Shown: piece after piece, positions 11,001-23,000 of the stretch
How the letters are laid out: every line of letters starts with the position of its first letter
Position numbering within the stretch: position 1 is the stretch's first letter
Source: Euprymna scolopes
Taxonomy: Eukaryota
NCBI GenBank assembly: GCA_053919585.1
Contig: CM132811.1
Length of the DNA: 64,000 nt
Strand: one strand, 5' to 3'
The notes under the pieces: generated by a model
Seen by the model: only the letters and a program-made list of their open reading frames with translations
Databases searched by the model: none
What the model was told of the DNA's origin: nothing
Program-made: the position numbers and the translations under genes

Positions 11001-14000
11001 AACCGTCAAGTAAAAGCGTCAAATATAAGCGTCAAGTAAAGGCGTCAAATAAAAGCGTCAAATAAAAGCGTCAAAAAAAAGCGTCAAGTAAAAGCGTCAA
11101 ATAAAAGCTTCAAATAAAAGCGTCAAATAAAAGCGTCAAATAAAAGCGTCAAATAAAAGCGTCAAATAAAAGCGTCAAATAAAAGCGTCAAGTAAAAGCG
11201 TCAAGCAAAAGCGTCAAATAAAAGAGTCAAATAAAAGCGTCAAATAAAAGCGTCAAGTAAAAGCGTCAAATAAAAGCGTCAAATAAAAGCGTCAAGTAAA
11301 AACGTAAAATAAAAGCGTCAAGTAAAAGTGTCAAGTAAAGGCGTCAAATAAAAGCGTCAAGTAAAAGCGTCAAATAAAAGCGTAAAATAAAAGCGTCAAG
11401 AAAAAGCGTCAAGTAAAAGCGTCAAATAAAAGCGTCAAATAAAAGCGTCAAATAAAAGTGTCAAGTTAAACCGTCAAGTAAAAGCGTCAAATATAAGCGT
11501 CAAGTAAAGGCGTCAAATAAAAGCGTCAAATAAAAGCGTCAAAAAAAAGCGTCAAGTAAAAGCGTCAAATAAAAGCTTCAAATAAAAGCGTCAAATAAAA
11601 GCGTCAAGTAAAAGGGTCGAGTAAAAGCGTCAAATAAAAGCGTCAAATAAAAGGGTCAAGTAAAAGGGTCAAGTAAAAGCGTCAAATAAAATGGTCAAGT
11701 AAAAGGGTCAAATAAAAGCGTCAAATAAAAGCGTCAAATAAAAGGGTCAAGAAAACGCGTCAAATAAAAGCGTCAAGTAAAAGCGTCAAATAAAAGCGTC
11801 AAATAAAAGCGTCAAATAAAAGGGTCAAGTAAAAAGGTCCAGTAAAAGCGTCAAATAAAAGGGTCAAGTAAAAATGTCAAGTAAAATCGTCAAATAAAAG
11901 CGTCAAGTAAAAGCGTCAAATAAAAGCGTCAAGTAAAAGCGCCAAATAAAAGCGTCAAGTAAAAGCGTCAAATAAAAGGGTCAAGTAAAAACGTCAAGTA
12001 AAAGCGTCAAATAAAAGCGTCAAATACAAGCGTCAAATAAAAGCGTCAAGTAATAGGGCCAAATAAAAGCGTCAAATAAAAGCGTCAAGTAAAAGCGTCA
12101 AGAAAAAGCGTCAAATAAAAGCGTCAAATAAAAGCGTCAAGTAAAAGCGTCAAATAAAAGCGTCAAGTAAAAGCGTCAAATAAAAGCGTCAAGTAAAACG
12201 GTCGAGTAAAAGCGTCAAATAAAAGCGTCAAATAAAAGCGTCAAGTAAAAGGGTCAAGTAAAAGCGTCAAATAAAAGGGTCAAGTAAAATGGTAAAATAA
12301 AAACGTCAAATAAAAGCGTCAAATAAAAGCGTCAAGTAAAAGCGTCAAATAAAAGCGTCAAGTAAAAGCGTCAAGTAAAAGCGTCAAATAAAAGCGTCAA
12401 ATAAAAGCGTCAAGTAAAAAGGTCAAGTAAAAGCGTCAAGTAAAAGCGTCAAATAAAAGCGTCAAATAAAAGCGTCAAATAAAAGCGTCAAGTAAAAGCG
12501 TCAAATAAAAGGGTCAAGTAAAAAGGTCGAGTAAAAGCGTCAAATAAAAGCGTCAAATAAAAGCGTCAAGTAAAAGCGTCAAATAAAAGCGTCAAATAAA
12601 AGCGTCAAATAAAAGCGTCAAATAAAAGTGTCAAATGAAAGCGTCAAATAAAAGCGTCAAATAAAAGGGTCAAATAAAAGCGTCAAATAAAAGCGTCAAA
12701 TAAAAGCGTCAAATAAAAGCGTCAAGTAAAAGCGTCAAGCAAAAGTGTCAAATAAAAGCGTCAAATAAAAGCGTCAAATAAAAGGGTCAAATAAAAGCGT
12801 CAAATAAAAGCGTCACATAAAAGCGTCAAATAAAAGCGTCAAGTAAAAGCGTCAAGCAAAAGCGTCAAATAAAAGCGTCAAATAAAAGCGTCAAATAAAA
12901 GCGTCAAGTAAAGGCGTCAAATAAAAGCGTCAAATAAAAGCGTCAAGTAAAAGCGTCAAATAAAAGCGTCAAATAAAAGCGTCAAGTAAAAACGTAAAAT
13001 AAAAGCGTCAAATAAAAGCGTCAAGTAAATGCGTCAAATAAAAGCGTAAAATAAAAGCGTCAAGAAAAAGCGTCAAGTAAAAGCGTCAAATAAAAGCGTC
13101 AAATAAAAGCGTCAAATAAAAGCGTCAAATGAAAGTGTCAAGTTAAACCGTCAAGTAAAAGCGTCAAATAAAAGCGTCAAGTAAAGGCGTCAAATAAAAG
13201 CGTCAAATAAAAGCGTAAAAAAAAGCGTCAAGTAAAAGCGTCAAATAAAAGCTTCAAATAAAAGCGTCAAATAAAAGCGTCAAATAAAAGCGTCAAATAA
13301 AAGCGTCAAATAAAAGCGTCAAATAAAAGCGTCAAGTAAAAGCGTCAAGCAAAAGCGTCAAATAAAAGCGTCAAATAAAAGCGTCAAATAAAAGCGTCAA
13401 GTAAAGGCGTCAAATAAAAGCGTCAAATAAAAGCGTCAAGTAAAAGCGTCAAATAAAAGCGTCAAATAAAAGCGTCAAGTAAAAACGTAAAATAAAAGCG
13501 TCAAGTAAAAGTGTCAAGTAAAGGCGTCAAATAAAAGCGTCAAGTAAAAGCGTCAAATAAAAGCGTAAAATAAAAGCGTCAAGAAAAAGCGTCAAGTAAA
13601 AGCGTCAAATAAAAGCGTCAAATAAAAGCGTCAAATAAAAGTGTCAAGTTAAACCGTCAAGTAAAAGCGTCAAATATAAGCGTCAAGTAAAGGCGTCAAA
13701 TAAAAGCGTCAAATAAAAGCGTCAAAAAAAAGCGTCAAGTAAAAGCGTCAAATAAAAGCTTCAAATAAAAGCGTCAAATAAAAGCGTCAAGTAAAAGGGT
13801 CGAGTAAAAGCGTCAAATAAAAGCGTCAAATAAAAGGGTCAAGTAAAAGGGTCAAGTAAAAGCGTCAAATAAAATGGTCAAGTAAAAGGGTCAAATAAAA
13901 GCGTCAAATAAAAGCGTCAAATAAAAGGGTCAAGAAAACGCGTCAAATAAAAGCGTCAAGTAAAAGCGTCAAATAAAAGCGTCAAATAAAAGCGTCAAAT

Positions 14001-17000
14001 AAAAGGGTCAAGTAAAAAGGTCCAGTAAAAGCGTCAAATAAAAGGGTCAAGTAAAAAGGTCAAGTAAAAGCGTCAAATAAAAGCGTCAAGTAAAAGCGTC
14101 AAATAAAAGCGTCAAGTAAAAGCGCCAAATAAAAGCGTCAAGTAAAAGCGTCAAATAAAAGGGTCAAGTAAAAACGTCAAGTAAAAGCGTCAAATAAAAG
14201 CGTCAAATAAAAGCGTCAAATAAAAGCGTCAAGTAATAGGGCCAAATAAAAGCGTCAAATAAAAGCGTCAAGTAAAAGCGTCAAGAAAAAGCGTCAAATA
14301 AAAGCGTCAAATAAAAGCGTCAAGTAAAAGCGTCAAATAAAAGCGTCAAGTAAAAGCGTCAAATAAAAGCGTCAAGTAAAACGGTCGAGTAAAAGCGTCA
14401 AATAGAAGCGTCAAATAAAAGCGTCAAGTAAAAGGGTCAAGTAAAAGGGCCAAATAAAAGGGTCAAGTAAAATGGTAAAATAAAAATGTCAAATAAAAGC
14501 GTCAAATAAAAGCGTCAAGTAAAAGCGTCAAATAAAAGCGTCAAGTAAAAGCGTCAAGTAAAAGCGTCAAATAAAAGCGTCAAATAAAAGCGTCAAGCAA
14601 AAGGGTCAAGTAAAAGCGTCAAGTAAAAGCGTCAAATAAAAGCGTCAAATAAAAGCGTCAAGAAAAAGCGTCAAATAAAAGCGTCGAATAAAAGCGTCAA
14701 ATAAAAGCGTCAAATAAAAGCGTCAAGTAAAAGCGTCAAATAAAAGCGTCAAGTAAAAGCGTCAAGTAAAACCGTCAATTAAAAGCGTCAAATAAAAGCG
14801 TCAAGTAAAAGGGTCAAGTAAAAGCGTCAAGTAAAAGCGTCAAATGAAAGCGTCAAATAAAAGCGTCAAGAAAAAGCGTCAACTAAAAGGGTCAAGTAAA
14901 ACCGTCAAATAAAAGCGTCAAGTAAAAGCGTCAAATAAAAGCGTCAAGTAAAAGCGTCAAATAAAAGCGTCAAGTAAAAGCGTCAAATAAAAGCGTCAAG
15001 TAAAGGCGTCAAATAAAAGCGTCAAATAAAAGCGTCAAATAAAAGCGTCAAAACAAAGCGTCAAGTAAAAGCGTCAAATAAAAGCGTGAAGTAAAAGCGT
15101 CAAATAAAAGCGTCCAATAAAAGCGTCAAGTAAAGGCGTCAAATAAAAGCGTCAAATAAAAGCGTCAAGAAAAAGCGTCAAGTAAAAGCGTCAAATAAAA
15201 GCTTCAAATAAAAGCGTCAAATAAAAGCGTCAAGTAAAAGGGTCGAGTAAAAGCGTCAAATAAAAGCGACAAATAAAAGGGTCAAGTAAAAGGGTCAAGT
15301 AAAAGCGTCAAATAAAAGGGTCAAGTAAAAGGGTCAAAATAAGCGTCAAGTAAAAGCGTCAATAAAAGCGTGAAATAAAAGCGTCAAATAAAAGCGTCAA
15401 GTAAAAGGGGCAAGTAAAAGCGTCAAGTAAAAGCGTCACATAAAAGCGTCAAGTAAAAGCGTCAAATAAAAGGGTCAAATAAGAGCGTCAAGTAAAAGCG
15501 TCAAATAAAAGCGTCAAGAAAAAGTGTCAAATAAAAGCGTCAAGTAAAAGCGTCAAATAAAAGCGTCAAGTAAAAGCGTCAAATAAAAGCGTCAAGTAAA
15601 AGCGTCAAATAAAAGCGTCAAGTAAAAGCGTCAAGTAAAGGCGTCAAATAAAAGCGTCAAGTAAAACGGTCGAGTAAAAGCGTCAAATAAAAGCGTCAAA
15701 TAAAAGCGTCAAGTAAAAGGGTCAAGTAAAAGCGTCAAATAAAAGGGTCAAGAAAAAGGGTCAAATAAAAGCGTCAAATAAAAGCGTCAAATAAAAGCGT
15801 CAAGTAAAAGCGTCAAATAAAAGCGTCAAGTAAAAGCGTCAAATAAAAGCGTCAAATAAAAGCGTCAAATAAAAGCGTCAAGTAAAAGGGCCAAATAAAA
15901 GCGTCAAATAAAAGCGTCAAGTAAAAGCGTCAAATAAAAGCGTCAAATAAAAGCGTCAAATAAAAGCGTCAAGTAAAAGCGTCAAATAAAAGCGTCAAGT
16001 AAAAGCGTCAAATAAAAGCGTCAAGTAAAACGGTCGAGTAAAAGCGTCAAATAAAAGCGTCAAATAAAAGCGTCAAGTAAAACGGTCAAGTAAAAGCGTC
16101 AAATAAAAGGGTCAAGTAAAAGGGTAAAATAAAAGCGTCAAATAAAAGCGTCAAGTAAAAGCGTCAAATAAAAGCGTCAAGTAAAAGCGTCAAATAAAAG
16201 CGTCAAATAAAAGCGTCAAAACAAAGCGTCAAGTAAAAGCGTCAAATAAAAGCGTCAAGTAAAAGCGTCAAATAAAAGCGTCAAATAAAAGCCTCAAGTA
16301 AAGGCGTCAAATAAAAGCGTCAAATAAAAGCGTCAAGAAAAAGCGTCAAGTAAAAGCCTCAAATAAAAGCTTCAAATAAAAGCGTCAAATAAATGCGTCA
16401 AGTAAAAGGGTCGAGTAAAAGCGTCAAATAAAAGCGACAAATAAAAGGGTCAAGTAAAAGCGTCAAGTAAAAGCGTCAAATAAAAGCGTCAAGTAAAAGC
16501 GTCAAGTAAAGGCGTCAAATAAAAGCGTCAAATAAAAGCGTCAAATAAAAGCGTCAAAACAAAGCGTCAAGTAAAAGCGTCAAATAAAAGCGTCAAGTAA
16601 AAGCGTCAAATAAAAGCGTCAAATAAAAGCGTCAAGTAAAGGCGTCAAATAAAAGCGTCAAATAAAAGCGTCAAGAAAAAGCGTCAAGTAAAAGCGTCAA
16701 ATAAAAGCTTCAAATAAAAGCGTCAAATAAAAGCGTCAAGTAAAAGGGTCGAGTAAAAGCGTCAAATAAAAGCGACAAATAAAAGGGTCAAGTAAAAGGG
16801 TCAAGTAAAAGCGTCAAATAAAAGGGTCAAGTAAAAGGGTCAAATAAAAGCGTCAAGTAAAAGCGTCAAGTAAAAGCGTGAAATAAAAGCGTCAAATAAA
16901 AGCGTCAAGTAAAAGGGGCAAGTAAAAGCGTCAAGTAAAAGCGTCAAATAAAAGCGTCAAGTAAAAGCGTCAAATAAAAGGGTCAAATAAGAGCGTCAAG

Positions 17001-20000
17001 TAAAAGCGTCAAATATAAGCGTCAAGAAAAAGTGTCAAATAAAAGCGTCAAGTAAAAGCGTAAAATAAAAGCGTCAAGTAAAAGCGTCAAATAAAAGCGT
17101 CAAGTAAAAGCGTCAAATAAAGCGTCAAGTAAAAGCGTCAAATAAAAGCGTCAAGTAAAAGCGTCAAGTAAAAGCGTCAAATAAAAGCGTCAAGTAAAAA
17201 CGTAAAATAAAAGCGTCAAGTAAAAGTGTCAAGTAAAGGCGTCAAATAAAAGCGTCAAGTAAAAGCGTCAAATAAAAGCGTCAAATAAAAGCGTCAAATA
17301 AAGCGTCAAGTAAAGGCGTCAAATAAAAGCGTCAAGTAAAACGGTCGAGTAAAAGCGTCAAATAAAAGCGTCAAATAAAAGCGTCAAGTAAAAGGGTCAA
17401 TTAAAAGCGTCAAATAAAAGGGTCAAGTAAAAGATTAAAATAAAAGCGTCAAATAAAAGCGTCAAATAAAAGCGTCAAGTAAAAGCGTCAAATAAAAGCG
17501 TCAAGTAAAAGCGTCAAATAAAAGCGTCAAATAAAAGCGTCAAATAAAAGCGTCAAGTAAAAGGGCCAAATAAAAGCGTCAAATAAAAGCGTCAAGTAAA
17601 AGCGTCAAGAAAAAGCGTCAAATAAAAGCGTCAAATAAAAGCGTCAAGTAAAAGCGTCAAATAAAAGCGTCAAGTAAAAGCGTCAAATAAAAGCGTCAAG
17701 TAAAACGGTCGAGTAAAAGCGTCAAATAAAAGCGTCAAATAAAAGCGTCAAGTAAAAGGGTCAAGTAAAAGCGTCAAATAAAAGGGTCAAGTAAAAGGGT
17801 AAAATAAAAGCGTCAAATAAAAGCGTCAAATAAAAGCGTCAAGTAAAAGCGTCAAATAAAAGCGTCAAGTAAAAGCGTCAAATAAAAGCGTCAAATAAAA
17901 GCGTCAAATAAAAGCGTCAAAACAAAGCGTCAAGTAAAAGCGTCAAATAAAAGCGTCAAGTAAAAGCGTCAAATAAAAGCGTCAAATAAAAGCGTCAAGT
18001 AAAGGCGTCAAATAAAAGCGTCAAATAAAAGCGTCAAGAAAAAGCGTCAAGTAAAAGCGTCAAATAAAAGCTTCAAATAAAAGCGTCAAATAAAAGCGTC
18101 AAGTAAAAGGGTCGAGTAAAAGCGTCAAATAAAAGCGACAAATAAAAGGGTCAAGTAAAAGGGTCAAGTAAAAGCGTCAAATAAAAGGGTCAAGTAAAAG
18201 GGTCAAATAAAAGCGTCAAGTAAAAGCGTCAAGTAAAAGCGTGAAATAAAAGCGTCAAATAAAAGCGTCAAGTAAAAGGGGCAAGTAAAAGCGTCAAGTA
18301 AAAGCGTCAAGTAAAAGCGTCAAGTAAAAGCGTCAAGTAAAAGCGTCAAGTAAAGGCGTCAAATAAAAGCGTCAAATAAAAGCGTCAAACAAAAGCGTCA
18401 AATAAAAGCGTCAAGTAAAAGCGTCAAGTAAAAGCGTCAAAAAAAAGCGTCAAGTAAAAGCGTCAAATAAAAGCTTCAAATAAAAGCGTCAAATAAAAGC
18501 GTCAAGTAAAAGGGTCGAGTAAAAGCGTCAAATAAAAGCGTCAAATAAAAGGGTCAAGTAAAAGGGTCAAGTAAAAGCGTCAAATAAAATGGTCAAGTAA
18601 AAGGGTCAAATAAAAGCGTCAAATAAAAGCGTCAAATAAAAGGGTCAAGAAAACGCGTCAAATAAAAGCGTCAAGTAAAAGCGTCAAATAAAAGCGTCAA
18701 ATAAAAGCGTCAAATAAAAGGGTCAAGTAAAAAGGTCCAGTAAAAGCGTCAAATAAAAGGGTCAAGTAAAAAGGTCAAGTAAAAGCGTCAAATAAAAGCG
18801 TCAAGTAAAAGCGTCAAATAAAAGCGTCAAGTAAAAGCGCCAAATAAAAGCGTCAAGTAAAAGCGTCAAATAAAAGGGTCAAGTAAAAACGTCAAGTAAA
18901 AGCGTCAAATAAAAGCGTCAAATAAAAGCGTCAAGTAATAGGGCCAAATAAAAGCGTCAAATAAAAGCGTCAAGTAAAAGCGTCAAGAAAAAGCGTCAAA
19001 TAAAAGCGTCAAATAAAAGCGTCAAGTAAAAGCGTCAAATAAAAGCGTCAAGTAAAAGCGTCAAATAAAAGCGTCAAGTAAAACGGTCGAGTAAAAGCGT
19101 CAAATAAAAGCGTCAAATAAAAGCGTCAAGTAAAAGGGTCAAGTAAAAGCGTCAAATAAAAGGGTCAAGTAAAATGGTAAAATAAAAACGTCAAATAAAA
19201 GCGTCAAATAAAAGCGTCAAGTAAAAGCGTCAAATAAAAGCGTCAAGTAAAAGCGTCAAGTAAAAGCGTCAAATAAAAGCGTCAAATAAAAGCGTCAAGT
19301 AAAAAGGTCAAGTAAAAGCGTCAAGTAAAAGCGTCAAATAAAAGCGTCAAATAAAAGCGTCCAGAAAAAGCGTCAAATAAAAGCGTCGAATAAAAGCGTC
19401 AAATAAAAGCGTCAAGTAAAAGCGTCAAATAAAAGCGTCAAGTAAAAGCGTCAAGTAAAAGCGTCAAATAAAAGCGTCAAATAAAAGCGTCAAGTAAAAG
19501 GGTCAAGTAAAAGCGTCAAGTAAAAGCGTCAAATGAAAGCGTCAAATAAAAGCGTCAAGAAAAAGCGTCAACTAAAAGGGTCAAGTAAAACCGTCAAATA
19601 AAAGCGTCAAGTAAAAGCGTCAAATAAAAGCGTCAAGTAAAAGCGTCAAATAAAAGCGTCAAGTAAAAGCGTCAAATAAAAGCGTCAAGTAAAAGCGTCA
19701 AGTAAAGGCGTCAAATAAAAGCGTCAAATAAAAGCGTCAAATAAAAGCGTCAAAACAAAGCGTCAAGTAAAAGCGTCAAATAAAAGCGTGAAGTAAAAGC
19801 GTCAAATAAAAGCGTCAAATAAAAGCGTCAAGTAAAGGCGTCAAATAAAAGCGTCAAATAAAAGCGTCAAGAAAAAGCGTCAAGTAAAAGCGTCAAATAA
19901 AAGCTTCAAATAAAAGCGTCAAATAAAAGCTTCAAGTAAAAGGGTCGAGTAAAAGCGTCAAATAAAAGCGACAAATAAAAGGGTCAAGTAAAAGGGTCAA

Positions 20001-23000
20001 GTAAAAGCGTCAAATAAAAGGGTCAAGTAAAAGGGTCAAATAAAAGCGTCAAGTAAAAGCGTCAAGTAAAAGCGTGAAATAAAAGCGTCAAATAAAAGCG
20101 TCAAGTAAAAGGGGCAAGTAAAAGCGTCAAGTAAAAGCGTCACATAAAAGCGTCAAGTAAAAGCGTCAAATAAAAGGGTCAAATAAGAGCGTCAAGTAAA
20201 AGCGTCAAATAAAAGCGTCAAGAAAAAGTGTCAAATAAAAGCGTCAAGTAAAAGCGTCAAATAAAAGCGTCAAGTAAAAGCGTCAAATAAAAGCGTCAAG
20301 TAAAAGCGTCAAATAAAAGCGTCAAGTAAAAGCGTCAAGTAAAGGCGTCAAATAAAAGCGTCAAGTAAAACGGTCGAGTAAAAGCGTCAAATAAAAGCGT
20401 CAAATAAAAGCGTCAAGTAAAAGGGTCAAGTAAAAGCGTCAAATAAAAGGGTCAAGTAAAAGGGTCAAATAAAAGCGTCAAATAAAAGCGTCAAATAAAA
20501 GCGTCAAGTAAAAGCGTCAAATAAAAGCGTCAAGTAAAAGCGTCAAATAAAAGCGTCAAATAAAAGCGTCAAATAAAAGCGTCAAGTAAAAGGGCCAAAT
20601 AAAAGCGTCAAATAAAAGCGTCAAGTAAAAGCGTCAAGAAAAAGCGTCAAATAAAAGCGTCAAATAAAAGCGTCAAGTAAAAGCGTCAAATAAAAGCGTC
20701 AAGTAAAAGCGTCAAATAAAAGCGTCAAGTAAAACGGTCGAGTAAAAGCGTCAAATAAAAGCGTCAAATAAAAGCGTCAAGTAAAAGCGTCAAATAAAAG
20801 CGTCAAGTAAAAGCGTCAAAAAAAAGCGTCAAGTAAAAGCGTCAAATAAAAGCTTCAAATAAAAGCGTCAAATAAAAGCGTCAAGTAAAAGGGTCGAGTA
20901 AAAGCGTCAAATAAAAGCGTCAAATAAAAGGGTCAAGTAAAAGGGTCAAGTAAAAGCGTCAAATAAAATGGTCAAGTAAAAGGGTCAAATAAAAGCGTCA
21001 AATAAAAGCGTCAAATAAAAGGGTCAAGAAAACGCGTCAAATAAAAGCGTCAAGTAAAAGCGTCAAATAAAAGCGTCAAATAAAAGCGTCAAATAAAAGG
21101 GTCAAGTAAAAAGGTCCAGTAAAAGCGTCAAATAAAAGGGTCAAGTAAAAAGGTCAAGTAAAAGCGTCAAATAAAAGCGTCAAGTAAAAGCGTCAAATAA
21201 AAGCGTCAAGTAAAAGCGCCAAATAAAAGCGTCAAGTAAAAGCGTCAAATAAAAGGGTCAAGTAAAAACGTCAAGTAAAAGCGTCAAATAAAAGCGTCAA
21301 ATAAAAGCGTCAAATAAAAGCGTCAAGTAATAGGGCCAAATAAAAGCGTCAAATAAAAGCGTCAAGTAAAAGCGTCAAGAAAAAGCGTCAAATAAAAGCG
21401 TCAAATAAAAGCGTCAAGTAAAAGCGTCAAATAAAAGCGTCAAGTAAAAGCGTCAAATAAAAGCGTCAAGTAAAACGGTCGAGTAAAAGCGTCAAATAAA
21501 AGCGTCAAATAAAAGCGTCAAGTAAAAGGGTCAAGTAAAAGCGTCAAATAAAAGGGTCAAGTAAAATGGTAAAATAAAAACGTCAAATAAAAGCGTCAAA
21601 TAAAAGCGTCAAGTAAAAGCGTCAAATAAAAGCGTCAAGTAAAAGCGTCAAGTAAAAGCGTCAAATAAAAGCGTCAAATAAAAGCGTCAAGTAAAAAGGT
21701 CAAGTAAAAGCGTCAAGTAAAAGCGTCAAATAAAAGCGTCAAATAAAAGCGTCCAGAAAAAGCGTCAAATAAAAGCGTCGAATAAAAGCGTCAAATAAAA
21801 GCATCAAATAAAAGCGTCAAGTAAAAGCGTCAAATAAAAGCGTCAAGTAAAAGCGTCAAGTAAAAGCGTCAAATAAAAGCGTCAAATAAAAGCGTCAAGT
21901 AAAAGGGTCAAGTAAAAGCGTCAAGTAAAAGCGTCAAATGAAAGCGTCAAATAAAAGCGTCAAGAAAAAGCGTCAACTAAAAGGGTCAAGTAAAACCGTC
22001 AAATAAAAGCGTCAAGTAAAAGCGTCAAATAAAAGCGTCAAGTAAAAGCGTCAAATAAAAGCGTCAAGTAAAAGCGTCAAATAAAAGCGTCAAGTAAAAG
22101 CGTCAAGTAAAGGCGTCAAATAAAAGCGTCAAATAAAAGCGTCAAATAAAAGCGTCAAAACAAAGCGTCAAGTAAAAGCGTCAAATAAAAGCGTGAAGTA
22201 AAAGCGTCAAATAAAAGCGTCAAATAAAAGCGTCAAGTAAAGGCGTCAAATAAAAGCGTCAAATAAAAGCGTCAAGAAAAAGCGTCAAGTAAAAGCGTCA
22301 AATAAAAGCTTCAAATAAAAGCGTCAAATAAAAGCTTCAAGTAAAAGGGTCGAGTAAAAGCGTCAAATAAAAGCGACAAATAAAAGGGTCAAGTAAAAGG
22401 GTCAAGTAAAAGCGTCAAATAAAAGGGTCAAGTAAAAGGGTCAAATAAAAGCGTCAAGTAAAAGCGTCAAGTAAAAGCGTGAAATAAAAGCGTCAAATAA
22501 AAGCGTCAAGTAAAAGGGGCAAGTAAAAGCGTCAAGTAAAAGCGTCACATAAAAGCGTCAAGTAAAAGCGTCAAATAAAAGGGTCAAATAAGAGCGTCAA
22601 GTAAAAGCGTCAAATAAAAGCGTCAAGAAAAAGTGTCAAATAAAAGCGTCAAGTAAAAGCGTCAAATAAAAGCGTCAAGTAAAAGCGTCAAATAAAAGCG
22701 TCAAGTAAAAGCGTCAAATAAAAGCGTCAAGTAAAAGCGTCAAGTAAAGGCGTCAAATAAAAGCGTCAAGTAAAACGGTCGAGTAAAAGCGTCAAATAAA
22801 AGCGTCAAATAAAAGCGTCAAGTAAAAGGGTCAAGTAAAAGCGTCAAATAAAAGGGTCAAGTAAAAGGGTCAAATAAAAGCGTCAAATAAAAGCGTCAAA
22901 TAAAAGCGTCAAGTAAAAGCGTCAAATAAAAGCGTCAAGTAAAAGCGTCAAATAAAAGCGTCAAATAAAAGCGTCAAATAAAAGCGTCAAATAAAAGCGT

